Source: an uncultured Gammaproteobacteria bacterium (lineage in GTDB: Bacteria; Patescibacteriota; Patescibacteriia; Magasanikbacterales; JBBTQS01). From it: a DNA stretch of 64,000 nucleotides. This document shows, piece after piece, positions 10,632 to 20,343 of this stretch (position 1 is its first letter; each line of letters begins with the position of its first letter). The notes beneath the pieces are model-generated. The model did no database searches, was not told where the DNA came from, and was given only the letters and a program-made list of their open reading frames with translations. The stretch is taken from assembly GCA_964627525.1 (NCBI GenBank), contig CAZVIA010000003.1, positions 21,367 through 85,366 on the forward strand, read 5' to 3'. The position numbers and the translations under genes were made by a program.

Positions 10632-12016
10632 CTACGACTTCTTCGACTTGTTCCACTTCTGTTTCGACCACCACTTCGGCCACCGCCACTGCGACGACTT
10701 GCACCGCTTCTGCGACCAGCACTTCTTCGTGTTGCACCACTGCGTTTTCGTTTTTCGCCCGAACTATTATCACCACTGCGACCTGAATTTCCACCAGAAC
10801 CACGACGTGATTTGTTTCGCGAATTAAAATGTGATCTATTTGATCTGTGAGATTGTTTTTCTTGTGGAGGTTTTGGTCTTTCTGGAGAAAGTGTTGGAAG
10901 TGCCAAAACAGGAAGTGACTTACGAATAAGTCGCTCAATTTTTTTAACATCAGCTTTTTGAGACGGTGTAACAAAAGAAATTGCTTTTCCGTAGCGCCCT
11001 ACACGCCCAGTTCTTCCGATACGATGAACATAATCTTCTGAATTATCAGGTAAGTCAAAGTTGATCACCAAAGAAATATGTTTAACATCAATACCTCTAG
11101 CAGCAATATCAGTTGCAACAAGTACTCTGTATTTGCGTTTTGCAAAACCATTAAGAGCTAGTTCACGTTGTTTTTGAGAACGGTTTGAATGAATTTCTGT
11201 TGCAGTATGACCTATGTAACGAATGTCACGAGCAATACGTTTTGCGCCATGTTTAGTTCTTGAAAAAATAAGCACAGTGTCTTCTTTGTATTGTTCCAAA
11301 AGAGAATCAAGTAATCGCATTTTGTCATTTTTTCTAATAACAAAAATCTCTTGCACTACATTTTCTGGCAAAGTTCCTTGAGGTGCAATTTCAATACGCA
11401 ATGGAATTTTCATAAATTCACTTGCCAAAGATGAAATTGATTTTGGCATAGTAGCTGAAAACAACATTGTCTGTCGTTCTTTTGGAGCAGATTTTAAGAT
11501 CTGTTTAATTTGAGGTAAAAATCCAACATCAAGCATTCGATCTGCTTCATCAAGAGTAATAACGCTTGTGTTTTTAAGTGAATATAATTTTTGATCCATT
11601 AAATCAGCTAAACGTCCAGGAGTAGCAATAACAATATGAGGGTTTTGTCTTAAAGATTTTACTTGAGGTCTTTGAGAAACTCCTCCAATAATTACCGTGG
11701 TGCGAAGTCCGATTGGGCCACCAATTTGTTTAAGTGATTTTTCAACTTGTAAAGCAAGTTCTCTAGTAGGAACTACAACCAGTCCCTGTCCTTTATCAAG
11801 TGCAATGCGTTGAATCATTGGAATACCAAAAGCCAGTGTTTTTCCAGTACCAGTTTGCGCAACACCAACAACATCCTTACCTTTTATAGCAGCAGGAATG
11901 ATTTGGTTTTGGATTGGCATTGGGGAATTAAACCCGTTTTTTGTAAGAATAGTTAATATTTTTGTAGCTATTCCTAGGTCACTAAATTGACCTGCCTTTT
12001 GATTATTTTTATTCAT
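10628..12016 (-). CDS. DEAD-box RNA helicase
   Basis: AQTGTGKT, PTRELA, DEAD, SAT, HRIGRTGR; R/S/G-rich tail. Confidence 0.95.
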   Translation of the reverse strand: MNKNNQKAGQFSDLGIATKILTILTKNGFNSPMPIQNQIIPAAIKGKDVVGVAQTGTGKTLAFGIPMIQRIALDKGQGLVVVPTRELALQVEKSLKQIGGPIGLRTTVIIGGVSQRPQVKSLRQNPHIVIATPGRLADLMDQKLYSLKNTSVITLDEADRMLDVGFLPQIKQILKSAPKERQTMLFSATMPKSISSLASEFMKIPLRIEIAPQGTLPENVVQEIFVIRKNDKMRLLDSLLEQYKEDTVLIFSRTKHGAKRIARDIRYIGHTATEIHSNRSQKQRELALNGFAKRKYRVLVATDIAARGIDVKHISLVINFDLPDNSEDYVHRIGRTGRVGRYGKAISFVTPSQKADVKKIERLIRKSLPVLALPTLSPERPKPPQEKQSHRSNRSHFNSRNKSRRGSGGNSGRSGDNSSGEKRKRSGATRRSAGRRSGASRRSGGGRSGGRNRSGTSRRSRS

Positions 12017-12131
12017 AAGTTGATAATGCAGTCTACCAGAAAAACGATATTATGTCAAGTTTTATAAACTTAAACACAAAAGTAACAAAAAAAGCCTAGA
12101 TTAAATAGGCTATTTTTTGTGATTAGATGGG

Positions 12132-12257
12132 CTATTTACGCTTACTTCTCTTTTTTGCCTTTTCCTCAAGCATTAGCTTTTTAATCTCAAGACGTTTTTT
12201 GGTTTTTCGTGAACGGGTTTTTTTCATTTTCCCGATTCCTGTTGTTCTTTTTGCCAT
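12132..12257 (-). CDS. 41-aa very basic small protein, not in the ORF track
   Basis: MAKRTTGIGKMKKTRSRKTKKRLEIKKLMLEEKAKKRSKRK; followed by a terminator-like hairpin at about 12088-12118. Confidence 0.6.
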   Translation of the reverse strand: MAKRTTGIGKMKKTRSRKTKKRLEIKKLMLEEKAKKRSKRK

Positions 12258-12397
12258 ATAACACACATTCTACTATCTATGATGGTTTTTGTAAAGGCCA
12301 GAGGACTATTATAACAAATTGACAAACCCTCTACATCCATTATACTTTATATATATTAAAAAGAGTTGATCAAATTTAGCCCTACCACAAAACTTGT

Positions 12398-14764
12398 ATG
12401 AATAAAGAATTACCCAAAAAATACGATCACAAAACAACTGAAGATAAAATCAAAAAACTTTGGGAAAAGGAAAAAGTTTTTGAATTTAATTTTGATGAGA
12501 GCAAACCAATTTACGCAGTAGATACACCTCCTCCTTATGTTTCTGCAGATCATTTGCATTCAGGTCATATAATGTCCTATGCTCAAGCAGAATTTATTGT
12601 GCGGTACAAACGCATGAAAGGATTTAATGTTTTTTATCCAATGGGTTTTGATGATAATGGTTTGCCTACAGAAAGATTTGTGGAAAAAAAATATAATATA
12701 GATAAGTCAAAAGTTACAAAGCAAGAGTTTATAAAAATTTGTCTGGAAGAAACAAAAAAAGGTGCGCAAACTTATAAAGAATTGTGGACCAATTTAGGGA
12801 TTTCAGTTGATTGGTCAAAAACTTATAGCACAATTAATCCAACAGCGATAAAAGTTTCGCAGTGGTCGCTGATAGATTTGTTTCAAAAAGGTGCTTTGCA
12901 CAGAAGTGAAGCTCCTGTTTTGTGGTGTCCGCATTGTCAGACAGCTTTGGCTCAAGCAGATTTAGAAGACAAAGAAGATGAGTCAAAATTAAATTATATT
13001 ACTTTTAAATCAAGTGAGGGCGATGATCTTACTATTGCAACTTCTAGACCAGAGTTGTTGCCAGCTTGTGTTGCTTTGTATGTAAATCCAGAGGACAAGC
13101 GATTTAAACATTTGATTGGAAAAACTGCGACAGTGCCTTTGTTTGATTATGAGATTCCAATTAAGCCAAGTGAAAAAGTTGATATGGAATTTGGGACTGG
13201 TTTAATGATGGTTTGTACTTGGGGAGATCAGGAGGATTTAGATAAATGGCGCACAGATAAATTAGATACACGACCTTTGATTAAAGAAGATGGAACTTTG
13301 GGTGAAAATGGTGGTAAGTACAAAGGTATGTATTTGTTAAAAGCTAGAAAAGTTATTTTAGAGGATCTTGATGCGGCAAAATTTCTCACAAAACAAGAAG
13401 ACATCACACATTCTTTAAATGTTCATGAAAGATGTTCAACTGCAACAGAATTTGTTCTTAGTAAGCAGTGGTTTATAAAAATTGATGGGATGAAAGATGT
13501 TTGGTTAAAATATGGTGAACAATTAAATTGGTATCCAAAGTTTAAAGCCAAAGATTATGAGATGTGGGTAAATTCAATTAAATGGGATTGGTGTATTTCA
13601 AGACAGCGATATTATGGTGTGCCTTTTCCAATTTGGTATTGTAAAAAATGTGATGAGCCAGTTTTTGCTGAAGAAAAAGATTTGCCAATTCATCCAACTG
13701 AAAAAAATGCACCTGTTGATAAATGTTCAAAATGCGATTCCACAGATTTTGTTCCAGAAAACGATGTAATGGATACTTGGGCAACTTCTTCTTGCACTCC
13801 ATTTTTATTAAAGGAGTTGGTTGAGGAAAAAGCTAAGGATGCTGTTTTTCCAGTGACACTAAGACCAAATGCTTTTGAGATTATTAGGACTTGGGATTTT
13901 TATTCAATGGTAAAAAGTCATTATCATTTTGGAAAATTGCCTTTTAAGGATGTGATGATTTCAGGTCATGGTTTAGATGAAAAGGGTAAAAAAATATCTA
14001 AGCGTTTGGCTAATTATATTCCAGCCGACAAGTTGATTGAGGAGTTTGGTGCAGATGCAATTCGTTATTGGGCAACAGGTGCAACACTTGGTCGGAATTT
14101 GCGTTTTAATAAACAGGAAATTCAAAAAGGGAAAAAAACTGTTACAAAGTTGTGGAATGTTGCGCAGTTTTTGATTGTGAATAATGCTGAATTTAAAGCT
14201 GAAGAACAACCGGTTTTGGAGTATGCGGATTTGTGGATTTTTGAAGAATTAAACAAAACTATAAAAAGAGCCACAGCTTTGTTTGATAAATATGAATACT
14301 CTAAAGCGCGTGATGAAATTGATGTTTTCTTTTGGTCAAAATTTACTGACTATTACATGGAGTTTATTAAACATCGCTTGTCTGGAGATGATGATCAGTC
14401 AAAAGTTGGTGCGCAATATTGTTTTACAAAAGTTTTTGAAAATATTTTGAAAATGTATGCGCCAATTATGCCGTTTGTTACAGAGGAGTTGTTTCAGGTA
14501 TTTTTTAAAGATGTTAAAGGTTCTGAAAAAACTATTCACTTGTGCGCTTGGCCAGAGCAAATTGATGTTGAGGGTGGGGAATTAGACATTTCTGATTTTG
14601 ATAGTGCGATTGAGGCGATTAATGAGGTTAGGGGATTTAAGTCTGTAAATAATATGTCTTTGGGGACTGAATTACCAGAATATAAATTAAAAACCAAAGT
14701 TGATTTAGAAAAATACGGGGATTTTATTAAAAAAGCTATAAAAGTAGGGGGGTTGTTGGCTTAA
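12398..14764 (+). CDS. valS: Valine--tRNA ligase, short archaeal-type
   Basis: DTPPP, HSGH (HIGH), WDWCISRQRYYG, DTWATSS, KISKR (KMSKS); no C-terminal coiled coil. Confidence 0.9.
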   Translation: MNKELPKKYDHKTTEDKIKKLWEKEKVFEFNFDESKPIYAVDTPPPYVSADHLHSGHIMSYAQAEFIVRYKRMKGFNVFYPMGFDDNGLPTERFVEKKYNIDKSKVTKQEFIKICLEETKKGAQTYKELWTNLGISVDWSKTYSTINPTAIKVSQWSLIDLFQKGALHRSEAPVLWCPHCQTALAQADLEDKEDESKLNYITFKSSEGDDLTIATSRPELLPACVALYVNPEDKRFKHLIGKTATVPLFDYEIPIKPSEKVDMEFGTGLMMVCTWGDQEDLDKWRTDKLDTRPLIKEDGTLGENGGKYKGMYLLKARKVILEDLDAAKFLTKQEDITHSLNVHERCSTATEFVLSKQWFIKIDGMKDVWLKYGEQLNWYPKFKAKDYEMWVNSIKWDWCISRQRYYGVPFPIWYCKKCDEPVFAEEKDLPIHPTEKNAPVDKCSKCDSTDFVPENDVMDTWATSSCTPFLLKELVEEKAKDAVFPVTLRPNAFEIIRTWDFYSMVKSHYHFGKLPFKDVMISGHGLDEKGKKISKRLANYIPADKLIEEFGADAIRYWATGATLGRNLRFNKQEIQKGKKTVTKLWNVAQFLIVNNAEFKAEEQPVLEYADLWIFEELNKTIKRATALFDKYEYSKARDEIDVFFWSKFTDYYMEFIKHRLSGDDDQSKVGAQYCFTKVFENILKMYAPIMPFVTEELFQVFFKDVKGSEKTIHLCAWPEQIDVEGGELDISDFDSAIEAINEVRGFKSVNNMSLGTELPEYKLKTKVDLEKYGDFIKKAIKVGGLLA

Positions 14765-14877
14765 TTTAGAGATTAATTTAGGGGGAAATTAAAGTGCAAA
14801 GCTTGACAAAGTCAGGCTTATGTGCTATATTTTTGTGTCTGGCAATTTTGCCAAGACCAAGGAAACTGGGGGTAAAG

Positions 14878-15381
14878 ATGAGGGAGAGAATGATATTTTT
14901 CTGTGCTATTTTTGTGCTTATGGCCGCTCTAGTCTATGTCTTTGGTTCCAAAAAGGATTCACCAGAAGTTCAAGAAACAACAGGTGAGCCAAGAAGTGAA
15001 TATAGTGTGGTATTTTGCGAAGTGGGTGAGTTTACAAGTGCTAGGCTTGAGATCACTGGGAATTACTTTCATGATTTTGTTGATCTAAAAGAAGGTAAGT
15101 CTTTTCCTTTGGGAATGGTTTGTGGTAAATGGCACCCCATCAAAGAGTGGGAAGGTCATTTCCAGGTCAATCTTATTCCAAGTAGAAAATACAGTCAGGT
15201 TTTGGTGTGCCTAAAGGGTTTCCCAAATAAAAATAACGTAGGAAGTACGTGTTATAAAGTGATTGATCGCGAGGGTGATTTTGGGATTGTCAGGACCATA
15301 GAGCTTAACATTGGGGAAGAAAAAAACCCTGATCTTTGGCCAGTTCAAAGTTTTGATATGGCGCCACCACCGTCTAACTAG
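14878..15381 (+). CDS. Hypothetical protein with N-terminal anchor
   Basis: Promoter TTGACA..TGCTATATT upstream, G-rich SD, N-terminal TM. Confidence 0.65.
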   Translation: MRERMIFFCAIFVLMAALVYVFGSKKDSPEVQETTGEPRSEYSVVFCEVGEFTSARLEITGNYFHDFVDLKEGKSFPLGMVCGKWHPIKEWEGHFQVNLIPSRKYSQVLVCLKGFPNKNNVGSTCYKVIDREGDFGIVRTIELNIGEEKNPDLWPVQSFDMAPPPSN

Positions 15382-15410
15382 GCATAAGACACAGAAACAA
15401 GGAGGCCAAA

Positions 15411-15890
15411 ATGACATCCACAGAGAAAAAGCCTCAGGCTAAAGTTCTTGTGGTCAGTGTGTCAGGTTCCGTTCGGCAATTTTTGGGGAGTGTTGTAGAA
15501 CAAAGAGGTCGTGCTGTAACCAAAGTCCGAAATATTGCTTTTGCTGTTGAATTCATGTTGCATCAAGATGTTGATTTGGTGCTAGTTGATTTGCACCTAG
15601 AAGGCTCGCTGGATTTGATGGTTGAAGCCAAACAAAGACAACCAAATGTGTGTTTGTTGGGGATTGCGCGACATGATACTAATCCAGTGATTGTGTTAGG
15701 TGCATTGCAATTAGGTGGTATGCTAAACTGCCTGGTCATACCTGAAGATGGTCTGGGTGTTGTGTCAGAATTTACACGTGGTTTATTTGCAGATATCATA
15801 GATTCTGGTTTGGAATCAATCAAAGTTGCTTGCCCTCAGTGTAAGGGTGAGGGAACTGTACAGCGTTTTCCTGGTAAAGAAACACCCTAA
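15411..15890 (+). CDS. Atypical receiver-like domain protein with C-terminal CPQCKGEG motif
   Basis: KVLVV...DLVLVD receiver pattern; AGGAGG SD. Confidence 0.6.
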   Translation: MTSTEKKPQAKVLVVSVSGSVRQFLGSVVEQRGRAVTKVRNIAFAVEFMLHQDVDLVLVDLHLEGSLDLMVEAKQRQPNVCLLGIARHDTNPVIVLGALQLGGMLNCLVIPEDGLGVVSEFTRGLFADIIDSGLESIKVACPQCKGEGTVQRFPGKETP

Positions 15891-16041
15891 AGTTGAGAGT
15901 TGCCAACAACTACTTGAGAGCCACTAAGCTTAACGCGCTGGTGGTTTTTAAGTTGTCTAAAAAACTTGACACATCAACCCAACAGTGCTATTGTTTTTTG
16001 TTAAACAAATTTGTTTAACACATGCACGGGAGGGGGAGAAA

Positions 16042-17067
16042 ATGAGGATACTTGAGGTTTTTGCTGTCTATGTTATGGATGTAGTGTTAGCTGGAGTTGG
16101 TTGGGTAAAATGGTTTTACTCTAGGTGTAGGTTTTACATTAAAACCAATATTCTGAATCAAGTGATGTACAAGATTAATCCTAAGCAAAGTGTGCGAATG
16201 TACATGCAAGCAAGTCTGTTGTCTTTACAAAAAGAAAAAGATGAGTTTGCTACATTGGATTTGTTGTTTAGTTTGCCACCACATCTGTCTGATGTTTTGA
16301 CGAATTTTATGATGTACATTCAAGGTGCAAAGGAAATCATGCAATCTTGTGGCACATGGCCATTTGAAAATGAGGATGAGGAATTTAGTAGTACCAAGCT
16401 CAAGCTTATTTATTCCAAACTTGCAAAGTTTTTTCTTGAAAACAAGTGTAGGGGTTTTTTGGAATATGATGAAGCTTTGGATTACCAAGATGCTTTATTG
16501 TGCGAACAACTAAGGCAGTTGATCGGTGCAATGTCTGCAATAGGTAATCCTAGTGCTAGATTTGATCCTTGGTTTTATTTTGCAATGTGGTCTGAGGAAT
16601 TGGATCTTGTTGAGATTGCTTTTTGCAGGTCTTTAGGTAATTACTTGATTGCGCGTGCTAATAAGCAAAGAGCTAACATAAAAGATTATGTACCACCTGG
16701 TTTACCACCAGAATTTGTGGTCAAGTTGATTGAAATGGTTGCAGAGATTAATTTGATTGAGTTGAGTTTGTCAGAAGCAGATAGATTTTATGATGACATT
16801 GGAGTGGATCATAAGACAAGTGATTTCAATACAGTGTGTTTGTTCTTGGGTGGTTATCTGTGTCATCTTTGTGTGGGGGAGTCATTTCCAATACTAGATT
16901 GTGAAATTGGTTTGTTATACCGTGGTCAGATTACAAAGTACTTGGCACATGTCATGTATTCTCTTGTAACTACTGTGCCTGGTGATGAACCAGATCTTTT
17001 ATTTTTCTCTCCTATGGATTGGAAGGATCAAACTTTTGAATTTGAAAGTGAATGGGATGGTGAATAA
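16042..17067 (+). CDS. Hypothetical protein
   Basis: Long ORF, GGAGG SD, TTGACA promoter upstream, terminator at about 17105-17136. Confidence 0.7.
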   Translation: MRILEVFAVYVMDVVLAGVGWVKWFYSRCRFYIKTNILNQVMYKINPKQSVRMYMQASLLSLQKEKDEFATLDLLFSLPPHLSDVLTNFMMYIQGAKEIMQSCGTWPFENEDEEFSSTKLKLIYSKLAKFFLENKCRGFLEYDEALDYQDALLCEQLRQLIGAMSAIGNPSARFDPWFYFAMWSEELDLVEIAFCRSLGNYLIARANKQRANIKDYVPPGLPPEFVVKLIEMVAEINLIELSLSEADRFYDDIGVDHKTSDFNTVCLFLGGYLCHLCVGESFPILDCEIGLLYRGQITKYLAHVMYSLVTTVPGDEPDLLFFSPMDWKDQTFEFESEWDGE

Positions 17068-17151
17068 GTTGGGGATTTTGAAAAAAACTTTAAAAAACAA
17101 CAAAGAGCCGTGCGTTTAACAGTGTACGGTTTTTTGATTGTTAGTTTTCTC

Positions 17152-17187
17152 TGTTCACTATTGTGAAGAATGTTAGAGTTGAGTTTT
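17152..17187 (+). repeat. 36-bp att-like repeat R1 (4 mismatches to consensus)
   Basis: TGTTCACTATTGTGAAGAATGTTAGAGTTGAGTTTT. Confidence 0.85.
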
Positions 17188-17383
17188 GTTTAGAATTGCA
17201 CTAATCTTTCTTAAATAATAAGATTTTGGTACAGTATATTTGTACTGAATATTTTATGTCTAAAAAATATCAAAAACAATCTGTTATTTATCAAGGTAAA
17301 ACTGGAGCTATTAAAGGAAAAACCCGAAAGATAAAGATAAGATGATTGGGTTGGTTTTGTTGTTGTTGAAGAAATAGTTTTAG

Positions 17384-17419
17384 TGTTCACTGTTGTGAAG
17401 GATGTTAGAACTGGGTTTT
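17384..17419 (+). repeat. 36-bp att-like repeat R2 (1 mismatch)
   Basis: TGTTCACTGTTGTGAAGGATGTTAGAACTGGGTTTT. Confidence 0.95.
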
Positions 17420-17492
17420 GTGTCATATAATAAGTTTTAATATCTTTATAAAAACACACTGCCCACGTTAATGAGCAGTGTGTGGTAAGAAT

Positions 17493-18014
17493 TCAATAAC
17501 GTTGTCTTTTTGGTTTAATACCTTTGAGATAATAATCAATCCTTTCTTTTTTCCACATTTTTTCAATATTAGCATCATCAGTTCTTGTGCCTGGATAAAC
17601 TCTATTTTTGCCTTTTTCTAAGGTTCTCTTTAATCCAAAACTTTTTGAATCAATATGTGCAATAGTAAGTTCATCAATCAGTTGATCTACTTTTTGTCTT
17701 GTGCTTTGATCTACCCCTTCTCTTTTGCGATCTATGCTATTAGATGTGTTTGGGTCATTACCATGTCCTTCACCTAATAATACTTTTAATTCATCTATGC
17801 TAATTGTTAAACCATGCTTGCTTTGTATTGTTTTACCAATTGCATACAAACAATCATATTTATTTAAACGCATGAAATAACCTTCTTTGTCCTTGAATAC
17901 GAATTTTACAAGGGTGTGATTTTCATCAACCTCTTGTTCAATATTATATTCTCTTTCTTCTCTGTATCGGGATCCTTGGTCATAATTATATCCATATTTT
18001 TTTGGTTCTGTCAC
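17493..18014 (-). CDS. Hypothetical protein (cassette cargo; start uncertain)
   Basis: 173-aa hydrophilic ORF; terminator hairpin ACACACTGC...GCAGTGTGT just downstream. Confidence 0.6.
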   Translation of the reverse strand: MTEPKKYGYNYDQGSRYREEREYNIEQEVDENHTLVKFVFKDKEGYFMRLNKYDCLYAIGKTIQSKHGLTISIDELKVLLGEGHGNDPNTSNSIDRKREGVDQSTRQKVDQLIDELTIAHIDSKSFGLKRTLEKGKNRVYPGTRTDDANIEKMWKKERIDYYLKGIKPKRQRY

Positions 18015-18204
18015 TACTTGCCACCCCTTTTTGTTGGTTAATGTTTGTTGAAATTTACCACCTAGTCTTTTCTGTGTTATTTTGATATTCGTAATTATAG
18101 TTTTTTTAATTTAAAATTAGCTATTTTTTTTGTATAAAAATATTTTGTTCGTGGTTATTGACAAAAAACTTGTTAAATGTTAAGTTGTTGTTCTATTAAA
18201 AACT

Positions 18205-19038
18205 ATGAAAATATTTGATGAAAACCAAAAATTAATTTTTAAATTACAGAAGTGTGGTTTAACAAAAAAACAGACCACTGTTTATCTTGGTCTTTTAGAA
18301 TTAGGAGGTGCTTTTCCTTCAAAAGTTTCTGATTATGTAAACATGAATAGATCAACTGTTTATAAAATTCTTAGTGATTTATCTATTAAAAATTTAATTG
18401 TTGAAACAAAAAAAAGAGGTAAGTGGTTTTATTGTGTTGAAAAACCAGAAAAACTATTGTCTCACAACAAACGCAGGATTAATATATTAAATAAAGAAAT
18501 TAAAAGTACTGAAAATGTTTTAAAGGATTTAAATAGTTTATTTTCTTTAAATTTACAAAAACCAAAAATTAAATTTTATGAGGGTGTTGAAGGGGTCTTA
18601 GAAGTGTTTCGTAGTCATCTGAATATTGAAAAGCCGTATGAAATGTTGGCTGTTTGTAATGCATCTAAGTTTTTAAAATTTATTCCTAATAAGGAATTAA
18701 AAAAATATTTGAAAGCAAAAGAAAAGTTGGAGATTACAACCAGGGGATTAGTGCCAGATACAAATACAGACATCAAATATAATAATAGTGCTTGTAAAAA
18801 TGCTGGGGTTAGCAAAAAAACATGGCCAAAGTTGAGGTTTGTTTCTTCAGAGGTTTTTAATATGGGAAGTGATATAACTGTTTATGGTGAGGATAAAATA
18901 TCAATTATAAATTTTACTAATGATAAATTGATAGGGATTATCATCGAAGATAAAACTATACACGATATGTTTAAAATGGTCTTTAATCTTGCGTGGAAAG
19001 GTGCTGAGAGGGGTTGTTTAAGATGTTCACTATTGTGA
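18205..19038 (+). CDS. TrmB-family wHTH transcriptional regulator
   Basis: GLT....VYL.LLELG, RSTVY..L..L, PKIKFYEG.EG; its stop codon lies inside repeat R3. Confidence 0.85.
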   Translation: MKIFDENQKLIFKLQKCGLTKKQTTVYLGLLELGGAFPSKVSDYVNMNRSTVYKILSDLSIKNLIVETKKRGKWFYCVEKPEKLLSHNKRRINILNKEIKSTENVLKDLNSLFSLNLQKPKIKFYEGVEGVLEVFRSHLNIEKPYEMLAVCNASKFLKFIPNKELKKYLKAKEKLEITTRGLVPDTNTDIKYNNSACKNAGVSKKTWPKLRFVSSEVFNMGSDITVYGEDKISIINFTNDKLIGIIIEDKTIHDMFKMVFNLAWKGAERGCLRCSLL

Positions 19039-19059
19039 AGGATGTTAGGATTGGGTTTT
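19024..19059 (+). repeat. 36-bp att-like repeat R3 (2 mismatches)
   Basis: TGTTCACTATTGTGAAGGATGTTAGGATTGGGTTTT. Confidence 0.95.
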
Positions 19060-19125
19060 TTTAGATATTTTATAATTTCAGTCGGTATGGTAGTATAGAT
19101 TATATAAGTTTAATCAAATAAATAT

Positions 19126-19557
19126 ATGAATTTTCAAATAGAAAATTGTGGTTTTTGCCAATATAATAAAACCAAAAATACATTCAAAAAAATGAATTTT
19201 CAGCCAAGTGGAATTGAAGGTGGAGGTCAAAATAGCGCAGAAAGAGCTGGTTTTTGTAAAGATGGGAATAATCCAGAGACGTGCGAGACATGTAAAACAG
19301 AAAATGAAATTAAATTAATGGAAGCTCAAGCTGAAATTGATAATAGAGCAAAAATAGTGGACGCAGAAGCAGGTGAGTTAAGAGCACAAAGTATTAGGGC
19401 TACTGGTGAGCAAATGCATAGACAGATGGCAGATGATGCAGAAATGACTGCAAGGCAAATGGAGAGGTTTGGTTATGGAAAAGGTAAAGAAAGGTTAAAT
19501 ACATTTCATGACAAAAACGAAGAATTTTACGATCAAAGAGGTAGAAAAAAAGAATAA
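19126..19557 (+). CDS. Hypothetical protein (Cys motifs + coiled coil), copy 1
   Basis: 143-aa ORF with CGFC and CETC. Confidence 0.65.
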   Translation: MNFQIENCGFCQYNKTKNTFKKMNFQPSGIEGGGQNSAERAGFCKDGNNPETCETCKTENEIKLMEAQAEIDNRAKIVDAEAGELRAQSIRATGEQMHRQMADDAEMTARQMERFGYGKGKERLNTFHDKNEEFYDQRGRKKE

Positions 19558-19627
19558 TAGTTATATAAGGTTATTAAACAGAAGTTTTTTTGTTTGTGTT
19601 AATATAGTAAATATTTAATCAAAAACC

Positions 19628-20200
19628 ATGAGAGGAGAAAGAAGACCTGGAGAAGGTTCTAATGCGCGTGAGTTTAAAGCGCCCTCATCACTTTCTGAAG
19701 AAGATCATTATTCTACTTTGGGAGTTTCTAGAAATTCTAGCCCTGCTGAACTTAAAGCAGCTTATCGTGCGTTGGCACAAATCCATCATCCAGATAAAGG
19801 TGGTAATGAGGAAGATTTTAAACTTGTTGGTCAAGCTTTTGAAGTTCTTAGTGATCCAGGTCAGCGTGAGACATATGATCTTACTAAGTTTGCGCCTAGC
19901 AGTCCTGAACAACAAACATACGAAACAGGTGTTAGGCAGCCTACTGAAGAAGAAAAGAGAAGAATGGATGAGGAACTTGCCAAAGATAGAGCCAGAAGAG
20001 AAAAAGAGAGAAAAGAGAGAAAAGAAAAATGGAGAAAAGAACATCCAGAACTTGCAAGACAGCAAGATGAAATTGGGGCAGCTAAAAAAGAAGCAGTAAG
20101 CCAAGTAAAGGAAGATTTAGCCAAAGCAAAGGAAGATTTAGCAAAAATGAAAACTGATTTAAGAGCTAGGGCAGCTGAAATGAAAAGTAAACGGTTCTAA
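19628..20200 (+). CDS. J-domain (DnaJ class C) protein with charged coiled-coil tail, copy 1
   Basis: DHYSTLGV...AYRALAQIHHPDKGG...AFEVLSDP..R..YD. Confidence 0.9.
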   Translation: MRGERRPGEGSNAREFKAPSSLSEEDHYSTLGVSRNSSPAELKAAYRALAQIHHPDKGGNEEDFKLVGQAFEVLSDPGQRETYDLTKFAPSSPEQQTYETGVRQPTEEEKRRMDEELAKDRARREKERKERKEKWRKEHPELARQQDEIGAAKKEAVSQVKEDLAKAKEDLAKMKTDLRARAAEMKSKRF

Positions 20201-20241
20201 TATTAACATTACCTATCTCAATTTTTACTTGAACTTAGTAG

Positions 20242-20277
20242 TGTTCACTATTGTGAAGGATGTTAGGATTGGGTTTT
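20242..20277 (+). repeat. 36-bp att-like repeat R4 (identical to R3)
   Basis: TGTTCACTATTGTGAAGGATGTTAGGATTGGGTTTT. Confidence 0.95.
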
Positions 20278-20343
20278 TTTAGATATTTTATAATTTCAGT
20301 CGGTATGGTAGTATAGATTATATAAGTTTAATCAAATAAATAT

